Below, piece after piece: positions 46,310-64,000 of a DNA stretch of 64,000 nt. Each line of letters opens with the position of its first letter. Position 1 is the stretch's first letter. The stretch comes from Macrostomum lignano. Its lineage: Eukaryota. Below the pieces are notes generated by a model, which was not told the origin of the DNA, did not search any database, and was given only the letters and a program-made list of their open reading frames with translations. Position numbers and translations under genes: made by a program. The DNA lies in NCBI GenBank assembly GCA_002269645.1, contig NIVC01002857.1:70874-134873 (forward strand). The letters are read 5' to 3'.

Positions 46310-47621
46310 GACATAGCTATAATGGCAAGTTCATAGCTTTAATAATGGTAAAACACCAAAAAACTTTAATTGTAGCACTGTTTGTGCAAAGCATACTAAA
46401 AAAACTAAGGCATCTTTGGGAGGAAAAGGTGTTGAAAAATTTATACCAAAAGGTTATTCAGTTTTCACAAGCAAAGTTTTTAAGATAGGCTTTTGTACAA
46501 AAAGTATTTTTATTTTAAACAAATTTAAATTTAAATTTACAAAAAAATGACACAAAATTTATATTTTTAATAATTACTTTTTTACTAATTTTATTTATTG
46601 TTAATTTTTTAAAAGCAGTTTATCATTAACTTTTTAGACTATACAAATTTACCTTTATTTTATAAAAAACTTTAATTTACATTACAATTTACATTATGGA
46701 ATGGCTATATGACAAAATGGCCACACTGTAAAAAAGGCCATACAAAATAAAATGTTAGAGATATCTATCACATTTTGTACTGTTAGGACAAAAGATGTAA
46801 TAATCTGTAATAGAAGTGCAAAATATCTTTATGGCAGTTAGTAATAGTTATCTCTGATATGAAATTTTGGCAAACTCCTAGTTTGCTGCGTTAAATTATT
46901 TTACAATGTATCTTCACATTTCAGCCTAAAACAGGTGACTCTACAATGGCTAGGCAACCTAGGGCACCCACAACAATTGTACCTGATGCCAATTTAAGGC
47001 CTGCTGATGAACTATGCAACCTGGATGTCACCATGCGCAAGCTGGTGCTGATGACATCAGACACGGCGGCGGCCATATGCTGGTTGGCCGTATATGGGCT
47101 GCTTTGAAACTCCATGCAACATGCAACATGCAACCATTGCCTAGAAGCTCTAGCCATGTGACTGCAGCGTCAAAAAGGAGCCAAATTCATCTATGGCTAT
47201 GCCTGGGTATGCGCTACCTGCAATACCTACCTGCCATTTTAACTTTTAAAAGGTTTTAAGTGTATAAATAATTTAATGCAGCAAACTAGAAGTTTGCCAA
47301 AAAATTTTATTTGTTTTTTCATTTTTTTTTAAATTGTGCATTTGATGGTAAATTTAAGTTTTTAACAATAAAAATAATATTGCCCATATAAATTTCACAA
47401 TATCTCAATGCATTCACTTCTTTTGCATTTTGATGCAAATTGGTGCAAGTAGGCCTACCAAATCTAAAATTAATTAACAACATAAAGTAGGCTACACTCA
47501 ATAACATAGGCCTAGCACTGATATATTATTATAAGAATGATAACAGTTTAGAATATTCGTAGTAGAGGCTATGCTTATCATACAATATTAAGAGTAGAAT
47601 GGGAGTACAATGTTTGCTCAC

Positions 47622-47895
47622 AGGAAGTTTGCTTGCCAAACTTTGCTTGCAGGAATTTTGCTTGCCAAACTTTGCTTGCCGAACTTTGCTTGCCGAAGTT
47701 TGCTTGCGGAATTTTGCCTGCCGAACTTTGCTTGCTGAACTTTGCTTGCCAAACTTTGCTTGCCGAACTTTGCTTGCCGAACTTTGCTTGCCAAACTTTG
47801 CTTGTAGGAAATTTGCTTGCAGGAACTTTGCCTGCCGAACTTTGCTTGCCGAGCTTTGCTTGTAGGAATTTTGCTTGCCAAACTTTGCTTGTGAA
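47622..47895. repeat. TTTGCTTGC-core short tandem repeat
   Basis: About 15-bp period, units like AACTTTGCTTGCCG. An inverted counterpart lies at 49200-49322. Confidence 0.9.
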
Positions 47896-48259
47896 ATTTT
47901 GATGTCTGCTTTCTAGAAATTCGCAATCACACAATCGCAAGGTTTTAACTTGCAGAATTATTTTCTTGTTTGCTTGCTTGTTTTGATTGCTTGTAAAGTT
48001 GGTCAGTCAATTATTACTTACTACAGATGCTTTGCAAGTGGATTCTTATCAGGGTCAACGTAAACTGACTTGACACTAAGCTTTCAAACTAGGCTTATAG
48101 AGTTTCATTCTAAGAATGTAGTATATAGAATGCTTAGAGATTTAGTATAGGTAGATAGGGATTGGTAACAGTAAAAATCTTTGTAGTTCCTGATTTCAGC
48201 ACGATTGAGCAGGTATGATAATTGCAGTGATGCTAATGTATAATAATGCATATACTAAT

Positions 48260-49048
48260 GGCTCATTCCATATAAGATGGACATATTTGGAAAATAGAAA
48301 AAAGTCAATATTTTTGCTTGCCACTGCCTGATTAGCCAATTTTTTTACCAAATGTTTTTTATGTGTAACATCTATAATCTAAGAATAAATGAATGATAAA
48401 ATGTTAGATTAGTATGTTATCAAGTGGCAAAAGGTAATTTTTGTAAAAAATTGGACAGTTTTTTAAGCAAAAGACATCATTAAGTTTGTGAACCTTTTAA
48501 AAACAAATAGAAAGCTTTGGAAGGTTGAAACAAACTATAGATAAAAGTATAGTACTTGCATCATCAGATAAAAGTATTGATGAACAAATAATCAATTATA
48601 TTTTTAATATATTGGTACCTCTAAGTTACTGAATTGACAGAACAAAATATGTTACGACCAGAATGTTACGACCATAAGGCTGCCTTTTCTTTTGTATCTT
48701 TGTTGCCTTTTTGAGTTTATATATTCTACAAAAAGAGTATGATTTCTGAAGATGTTCTTAGTCGAATTTTAAAAAATTTATTGCAAAATATCAAAAATGA
48801 AAAATGTTATAAGACTTTTACCTTTTAGTTTCTATCTGTCAAAAATCCTGTCGTTATGACCAGAAGTGCCATTCAAGGTTTAATAGCATCTATATTAATG
48901 ATGATATCTACATGAAACTCTATAAAAATATTCTTGACAAAAAAATCTTTCATTTAAAATATTGGTTTAGTGTATTCTATTATTAGATTTCATTTTATAA
49001 GTAAAAAATAGCCTGTCATGTTACGACCATAATTATATGGAATTGCCC
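48260..49048. mobile_element. 789-bp non-autonomous Sola-type element
   Basis: Left end GGCTCATTCCATATAA; rc of right end GGGCAATTCCATATAA (1 and 2 mismatches to the 18402 TIR). TSD TAAT (48256-48259 and 49049-49052). Internal TGTTACGACC at 48650, 48664 and 49019. Confidence 0.8.
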
Positions 49049-49199
49049 TAATAATATTTTAGTATAAAAAATGTAATTAATAATCCGCCATATCTTCATA
49101 CAAAATCATAACACTATAGGCCTAGGCAACTTCCACGAATCTTAGAAATACAAGAGCTCAAAAATAGGTTTCTTTAAGGTCCTACAAAACTTTAGCTGG

Positions 49200-49322
49200 C
49201 AAACCTTGCATGAAAATTTCCTGCAAGCAAAGTTCGGCAAGCAAATTTCCTGCAAGCAGACTTTGGCAAGCAAATTTCCACAAGCAAAAGTCCCGCAAGC
49301 AAACTTCTCGCAAGCAAATTTC
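49200..49322. repeat. GCAAGCAAA-core repeat (inverted copy of the 47622 repeat)
   Basis: Direct reading. Confidence 0.85.
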
Positions 49323-49461
49323 ATAGACCCAGTAGAACAAGTTCACCTGCAATACTTTTTGTTTTGCGGCCATTTTGTCATATGGCCATTTTGTTGTGGC
49401 CATTCTGCGTGTGGCCATTTTGATGGCACCCTATTTGTAAAGTTCCCCCTACTCCCGAATC

Positions 49462-49935
49462 TTACATATACGCCGGAAAATTCCGGCGTACAGTAGACCT
49501 GAAAATATGCTTGGCGTATAACATCCGGCGTAACACAACAGCTATGCCAATTGTGCGCCACTGCGCCAGCGTATCAGTGTCTGGCGTAGATGTCTGGCAT
49601 GGCAGTAGACATATAAAATGACGTCTTCACGTATTGTATGTTCAATTGACATACAAAAAACGTTTAAAAATGTTTTTACGAACAAATGTTAAAACAGAAT
49701 ACAAAACAAGAAACACTAGGCCTATACAACAGTTACTATTTATTTATTTCCAGATTTTTGTGTTTATTAAAGTAAAAAGTAATTTTACTCAAAAAGAAAA
49801 GGGACCTAAAATTTGAGTTTCAATTTGGCGTAACATTGCAATTTTGTTCCGGCGTACATATCATGTACAAAAATTTTTTCTGGCGTAAACTTAAATTTAT
49901 GGCGTAAGGGGTCATTTTTTCCGGCGTACCGTATA
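49462..49935. mobile_element. GGCGTA-motif-rich putative non-autonomous DNA element
   Basis: At least 9 (C/T)GGCGTA motifs. Palindrome TACGCCGGAAAATTCCGGCGTA (49469-49490). TACGCCGGAAAA at 49469 is inverted to TTTTCCGGCGTA at 49917-49928. Confidence 0.45.
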
Positions 49936-50815
49936 ACAGATTTGAGAGTGTGGAAAGGTCCCACAGATTCTTTCAAAAACATTTTGATGTTAATATTAAT
50001 AAACTTCTTTAAATGCAGACAATAAGTAGAAATCCATTGCTGACCAAAATGCTGAAATGGCTGTAAATTTGGTTAGGTCTGTGACTGAAATTATATGTGG
50101 CTCAAAAACTGCCTAATAGAAAAATTAATAAATTTTTGAATTAAAAACATGATGAATTAATGTATGAAATGGTTGCTAAATGCCATAAAATTTATTTTAA
50201 TTCTATACGCTTTTAAGCTTTAAATATTTACAATGAATGAGCAATGAGTAGGCCTAAGCATGATATTATTAATTTGCACCGCTATATTCATACATACAAA
50301 TAGATTTAGGTAAATTCTCTAATGGATACTAACATCAAAGCCTACAGGATGCTAGCATATTATTATATCTTCTTTATGTATTTTATTAGGAAATTATTTT
50401 TAAAGTAAGGAAGAGAGAAAGAGCAGGAAAAAAGAAAAGGAGTAAAACGTGAGTTTTATAGGAATGGAGACTTTAATTTGAAATGTATTGGTCAAAAGTA
50501 TGTTATCTACGCACAGTAAAACAAAAGCCTAAATACTTCATAAACAAGTAATAATGAAAAATCCTGCTACTCTTTGCAGAAGTTTTTAGAAGCTAAACAA
50601 AGATAGAATTTTAAAAGAAATTATATTTACTATGTTTTACTTTATACTAGCCGCCCGCGGCCCGTTTGTGACTCTTAATTAGCAGGATTGATCGCCATAA
50701 TATCTTCTGTCGTTTGACGTTTGTTTTATAACTATGGATACAAAGTAATCTTTGATTTAAAAAATGACATATTTCTATTCATAAACAGACTACCTTCAGC
50801 GATTAAGCGACAGCA

Positions 50816-51220
50816 CAGGGAGTCGCCATGGGTTTTATGGGTGGGGGACAAAGCCAAGAATTCAATTCAACCTGTACATGACTAAATTTACTACAATACC
50901 ATTATTTTGAAAATCTTGTTGTCAGCGCTCATTTTACCACCGCAGGCACTCATTTTGGCGCCGCAGGCACTTATTTTGGCGCCCCAGCAGGCATTCCTTT
51001 TAGCGCCGCAGGTACATAATTACTCATTTTGGCACCGCAGGCACTCATTTTGGCGCCGAAGGCGCTATATTTTGGCGCCCTGAAAAAAAATTATTGATTA
51101 ACACGAGTCACAAGGTGGGCTGTGGGGGGCCGAACAAGGCATTGAATTGGCATGCCCTCCCATCAGAGCTTTAACTGGGGAGACATCGGCCCCTGTCCCC
51201 CCCCCGTGGCGACGCGCCTG
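50816..51220. mobile_element. Putative hAT-like MITE with internal tandem repeats
   Basis: Left end CAGGGAGTCGCCATGGG; rc of right end CAGGCGCGTCGCCACGGG. Internal repeats of GGCACTCATTTTGGCGCCGCA. No clean TSD. Confidence 0.5.
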
Positions 51221-52634
51221 GACCAGACAATTCTAAATTTAATCCTCAGATTATACAAGTAGCTCGATCTTACTTCTTACAGAAAGCTGCAGAAATGCAC
51301 ATCCTGATTCTAAGTTGTAGTTGTTTACAAATCAGAGTCAAATAATTGAAAGATAGTAAAAAATCATTAAGTACACATGCATCCTGCCCATCAGTCAGGT
51401 CTGATCGATTAGTCAAAAGGCCTAAGCAAATTTTAAAATTATGACACTGACAAATATTAGTTTAAGTTAATTGTATTTAAGTTTTACATGCATTATGTTA
51501 ACCATATACCTGTAGGCTTTAACAGTTATATTCTTGGAATCAAATCAGGATTACATGCATGCATAGATGTGTAAAAAAAGTGGATAAAATTGGCCAATTA
51601 TTCTAATTCTTATTAGTTAAACGTGCACGTTTGTAGGCCAAAGTGGCACAAAGTAGGTCAAATCGAATGGACATAGACTCATAGAGATCTCGGGCAAAAA
51701 AACAACCAGACTCCGTGCACAAAACGCGACGACACAAGCCTACAACATATAATACACGCGATAGTACCTTAGGAGAGTTGTCAGGACAAACAGGATTTTG
51801 AGCCTAACAAGGCAATTGTAGGAAAGGAAATTGTAGATTTCAATTCAATTCAAGGATATGGTGAAAAATGACATATAGCGATTCATTCTATTATTTGTGG
51901 ATTATAAAAGTGCAAAAATCAAAGTGAAAAATTATTCCCACTTGCATGAATACAGTGTATAGCATCGTTCGTCACGAAAAAATACCAAAATTATAATTTA
52001 AACTAAGTCTGTTTTGCCTTAAAGTACATGCACACTTTCATTAAAACGAATTATTTTATTTACGAAAATAAACAAATTGCAGGATTTCAAAAAAATCATC
52101 AGAATACAAAATTATAAAGCTAGAACTATAAAAAAAGATACAAAGTAAGAAACTATGCGGCTATCAAACTCTGGAGGAAAAGCAAATCCATATTTTTAAC
52201 TTTAATTAGCATTAATAAAATCGAATACTTGACATAATTTTCGCGCACCACGAGATCTGCAAGCCAAACACGAGCTATAGTACTATTATGTAGTAAGTAC
52301 TATATACCTAAACTCTGTAACTACGCAAATCTCTGAGCGGGAAAGCAGGTGCAAATCAATATATTCGGTGATTTAAACAGTCATTTTTACAATTGGATTT
52401 TTTTTAAATCGCATCAACTTTGGCTCGAATCGAAATAACCTGCTGTTGCCGACTACCGCCGCTTGCAGTCACCGTCTTGGAAAAGATGATTGCCAAAAGT
52501 CTGAAAAACATTGGTTTACTTTAAGTAGTTTGGATTCCTTTTTGCTTTGGTTATTGGTTTTTCTACCACTACCAGACATAGACGGATAAAACGGAAAATG
52601 ATGGCTATTGGTGCTTTTTTTATGGTGCTGGCGC

Positions 52635-53222
52635 CCATTAGCGCCCATTAAGCCCCTGGTGCTAAAGCCCCTGGTGATAAAGCCCCTTGTGCTAAAGCCC
52701 CTGGTGCTAAAGCCCCTGGTGCTAAAGCCCCTGGTGCTAAAGCCCCTGGTGATAAAGCCCCTTGTGCTAAAGCCCCTGGTGCTAAAGCCCCTGGTGCTAA
52801 AGCCCCTGGTGCTAAAGCCCCTGGTGCTAAAGCCCCTGGTGCTAAAGCCCCTGGTGCTAAAGCCCCTGGTGCTAAAGCCCCTGGTGATAAAGCCCCTTGT
52901 GCTAAAGCCCCTGGTGCTAAAGCCCCTGGTGCTAAAGCCCCTGGTGCTAAAGCCCCTTGTGCTAAAGCCCCTGGTGCTAAAGCCCCTGGTGATAAAGCCC
53001 CTTGTGCTAAAGCCCCTGGTGCTAAAGCCCCTGGTGCTAAAGCCCCTTGTGCTAAAGCCCCTGGTGATAAAGCCCCTTGTGCTAAAGCCCCTGGTGATAA
53101 AGCCCCTTGTGATAAAGCCCCTTGTGCTAAAGCCCCTGGTGATAAAGCCCCTTGTGCTAAAGCCCCTGGTGATAAAGCCCCTTGTGATAAAGCCCCTTGT
53201 GCTAAAGCCCCTGGTGCTAAAG
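52635..53222. repeat. 15-bp minisatellite (GTGCTAAAGCCCCTG)
   Basis: About 39 copies; explains the VLKPL ORF. Confidence 0.97.
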
Positions 53223-53864
53223 CCGTACTTTAAACTACGCTACGCTCATAGAATAAAGGATAATTTTGTTTCTTAGAAATTATTCGAAAAGTTTCTGATG
53301 CAGGAGCTTATTTTTTAGTTTGTCACGGTTTTCTCATTAAATATTAAATTTTCCAAAAACGCTGAACCTTTGATACTATTTCAAAAAACTTTCAGCCCCA
53401 TTTCTTTTGATCCTTCATACAATTCACAGCTTTGAGCTAGCGAATTTCTTAGATTTCTATACGCAGAAAAAACTTAAAGATTATAAATGAAAAAGCAAAA
53501 GTCAATGTTTATTACTGGATTAGTAGTGATGAAAGAGTGTTAGTACGAGTACCATAGTTGTTAGCTCACGAATTAGATTTACGCAGCTGCTCTCATTCGC
53601 ATGATTAACAAAGTATAGTTGTTTAAGGATGCTAATTCCTCCAATTCCAACAATTATAGTCGGTTAGCTTCAAGCGCTTAGCACAGGTGAAAGTGAGGTT
53701 GACCTTTTCTTGGCTTCGAATTGTACATTCCAGTTTTTGAGGACTGGTGAACTAAAATTTGGATGCGTTAAAATATTCGATATAATAAAAAACTGCAATT
53801 GTACATTCTAATGTACATGGCGAGAGCCATACCACAACTCATTCCTACTCCGACTGTTAACCCA

Positions 53865-54365
53865 ACCACTTTTTTTTCTAACCCTGGCTGTTAACCCCCA
53901 CCACCCCTTTCTTTTCTAACCATGGCTGTAAACCCCCACCACCCCTTTCTTTTCTAACCGTGGCTGTGAACCCCCACCACCCCTTTCTTTTCTAACCCTG
54001 GCTGTGAACCCCCACCACCCCTTTCTTTTCTAACCCTAGCTGTTAACCCCAACCACCCCTTTCTTTTCTAATCCTGGCTGTGACCACTACCCCTTTCTTT
54101 TTTAAACCTGTCTGTGACCACTACCCCTTTCTTTTCTAACCCTGGCTGTTAACCCCCACCACCCCTTTCTTTTCTAACCCTGGCTGTGAACCCCCACCAC
54201 CCCTTTCTTTTCTAACCCTGGCTGTTAAACCTCAACGCCCCTTTCTTTTCTAATCCAGGCTGTGACCACTACCCCTTTCTTTTATAACCCTGGTTGTGAC
54301 CACTACCCCTTTCTTTTCTAACCCTGGCTGTTAACCCCACCACCCCTTTCTTTCCTAACTCCAGC
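53865..54365. repeat. About 38-bp minisatellite
   Basis: Unit AACCCTGGCTGTGAACCCCCACCACCCCTTTCTTTTCT, with shorter variants. Confidence 0.93.
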
Positions 54366-54428
54366 TACCCCCCCCCCCCCCAACACACCTTGGCTGTTAG
54401 ACCCCGCCACAACTTATTCTTCATATAA

Positions 54429-61436
<7,008 letters not shown>

Positions 61437-61989
61437 TCAAAAATCTGACGAAGGCATGTTGCAGGAATGAATATCGATTTTTTCCGCGCTCGTGCCTGAG
61501 TCAGATTTGTCTGCTTCTGAAATATAAAATCAGGAATAAAATTGCCTAACATTGTGAAACTGTCCTATTCTCTTAACTTTGTCTTAAGAATTGGGGAGCA
61601 CATTGAATCTTGGTTGCTAAGATCAACACAGGCTCACACACACTCACACACACACACAGATCAAAAAGACAATGGTAATACGTGTTCCGTGCTCAGACCT
61701 CATCCTCAGCCATCCAATGAGCTGTGTCAGCAGCCTAGCTAATCTATCTATCAGTGTACTGCACCTGCGGTAGATACCTGGGGTAGACTGCAAAGCTATT
61801 GCACATTTCCGCTATTCCTCTCTCCCCATTCCCTATCGTGCCCTCGTGGTTTCTCCGCCACGCTGTCAAGTAAAGCAGTAATTGAAAGGAAAAAGATAGA
61901 AGCTTTCATTGTGCTAATTAATCATTAATGCTGCTGCAGTTCAGGCATAGGGGCTGCCTGTGAGTCTCTGGGCTTTCCAAGCGTAAAAT

Positions 61990-62200
61990 AGATCTGAGTT
62001 GGCGCCATATAGATCTATGAGTGGCGCCATATAGATCTCTGAGTTGGCGCCATATAGATCTATGAGTTGGCGCCATATAGATCTCTGAGTTGGCGCCATA
62101 TAGATCTATGAGTGGCGCCATATAGATCTCTAAGTTGGCGCCATATAGATCTTTGAGTTGGCGCCATATAGATCTCTAAGTTGGCGCCATATAGATCTTT
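61990..62200. repeat. 22/23-bp minisatellite upstream of the CDKL ATG
   Basis: Unit GAGTTGGCGCCATATAGATCT(C/A)T, about 9 copies. Confidence 0.93.
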
Positions 62201-62964
62201 GTGTGGTGCCATATCGGATCTCAGTTATTCATTAAAACATTTTTATTGTTTCATCAATCCTTACTTGATTTATAAGGTCTATATGTGGCCATTACAAATA
62301 CACTCAGCTGACACTCAAACTCACCTGTCTGAAAATGTCAGTCAAATAAATAGTTTACAATCTGATTCGTATTTTAATATATTGTCAATTATACAGACTT
62401 CACAAATTCATGGCTGCCAGCATAGCTACTCACAAATGGGGTAAAACTGCAGAGCACTGTATCTTCTTTTTATCTTATTTATATAATATGAGACAACTGA
62501 CGGAGAAAATGGTAGAGACAGAGAGTAAGATGCTCAATAAAGCAGACTTTGAGGTCGGAAACTCATACCGATGGCAAATATATACGGAATTATACTTATA
62601 GTTGATATATACACTTGTGTGCACTGGAAATTCACATGGATACACAAGACAAAATTGAGTGGCGAGTGGAGAGAGAAAGAGAGATAGAGTCTGCCTCTGA
62701 GTTCAATGCTCGCTTCTTCGCTCTCCTAACTCCTCTCTCTTCTCTAGAGTAGAACAGATAATCTGCAACCATTTTTGGTAATAAAACACGAGCTCAGATG
62801 CAGTTTGTAGAAACAAAGCCGTCCACCCAGGTAGCGGCTGCCTGGGAGACATTGGAAAACATTAGTTCATTAATTTACATTTCTAATTTGTTATAGTGAC
62901 GCCACAATATAAGACGAAGAAAGAAGCAAGTAAGAGAAAGTGTTTCAAGAGATTACTCTTTTAG

Positions 62965-63132
62965 TAAGTTAGTAAGTAAGTAAGTAAGTAAGTCAGTCAG
63001 TCAGTCAGTCAGTCAGTCAGTCAGTCAGTCAGTCAGTCAGTCAGTCAGTCAGTCAGTCAGTCAGTCAGTCAGTCAGTCAGTCAGTCAGTCAGTCAGTCAG
63101 TCAGTCAGTCAGTCAGTCAGTCAGTCAGTCAG
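62965..63132. repeat. (AGTA)n grading into an (AGTC)n microsatellite
   Basis: Direct reading. Confidence 0.95.
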
Positions 63133-64000
63133 TGAAATTAATATGAGCGCGTTAACTGCAGAGCGATAACTGTGCCCAAGAGAAAATGATTGAATTTTGG
63201 CAGAAAAACGAGATCCCAAAGTTGTCCACAGAAATCAGATGCACCTTATTAGAATTTTACTTCAAGTAGAGATTTCAGCATGCTGTAACTTTGAATGCAA
63301 AGTTTTTAAGGCTTATTTTAGTCTCTCTGAGTTGCACATCAACCAGAAAGACACAAATAATTGAAATGGAAAGTTTATCTTCTGAAAGTTCAAAATTGCA
63401 AGCGGAGCCCGTGTTTGTTGTGCTCATCGAAGAGGGTGTTCAACAAATACAAAAGGATTTTGCTGTGTATTTCTGAAGTAAATTTTATGTAAATGTGATG
63501 AACTGTTGTTACGGTAATTCTGGACAGTGCGCTCACTTTATAGGACCTGCGCACTTATGCGTACTTAAACGTAGTTCTCCTCTCTTTCTAGGAACTTCTC
63601 CCGCTCTCTAAGGTTTCATTCATCCATTTGGGCATCCATTTGGGCGATTCCTCATTTGGGCCTGGCCATAGACTACAGAACAGTATCCCAGTTTGCCTGT
63701 ACGCCTTGTCTATGTCGCTAGTGCTTTGCTAGCGGAGATTCTCACTAAGTGACCTCCGCTGCCATAGACAATAAAAAACGTCCTAAGCCAGAGTGAGGTT
63801 GGTTGAACTTCTTCTACCATAGACAAAACGTCTCCCGCGAATACAGGGAGTGGAGAATACTCATAATCTCCGCAAATCTAGTCAATATTTTCCGCTCCTT
63901 GCATTCGTGGATACATTTCAATAACAAACTGAGTTTCAGTAGGTTTTTATACATGTACTTATTTGGCTTGGCCTAACAAAGCTCCAAATCATGCTTTCTT

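Noticed and set aside
46940-47110. KLVLMTSDTAAA resembling a hAT transposase catalytic motif
   Set aside because: About 53 codons with no flanking transposase similarity; too weak to call.
52608-53276. 222-aa VLKPL-repeat ORF
   Set aside because: A 15-bp minisatellite without stops in that frame; no splice or start context supporting coding.

Overview
AT-rich, intron-rich animal genomic DNA, not prokaryotic; no CRISPR, rRNA or true tRNA genes were found. The repeat landscape resembles a free-living flatworm such as Macrostomum, but that is inference only. By hand-splicing, I reconstructed five host genes with GT-AG junctions and consistent reading phase: a stomatin/band-7 gene (-, 6028-9381), FPGT (-, 12449-16487, first exon not found), SEC24C/D (+, 27018-36302), an eIF4B with an unusual RRRSPSP repeat block (-, 38307-44297) and a CDKL2-like kinase (-, 54429-61358, 3' end uncertain). 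Also present: (1) a candidate secreted cystine-knot-like peptide gene (-, 10104-10328); (2) an apparently intact 3969-bp Sola-type DNA transposon (18402-22370) with perfect 16-bp TIRs, a TATT TSD and a 5-exon 685-aa transposase, plus a related non-autonomous element (48260-49048); (3) hAT-type MITEs with 8-bp TSDs, two tRNA-derived SINE families (one CORE-like), and a CpG-deaminated repeat copy; (4) a striking pattern in which all 19 host introns longer than 300 bp carry tandem-repeat arrays, mostly intron-specific, while the 10 introns under 300 bp carry none. Most long ORFs in the six-frame track are translations of tandem repeats. All coordinates were read by eye and may be off by a few bases, especially repeat boundaries; family assignments come from recalled motifs, not from database searches.
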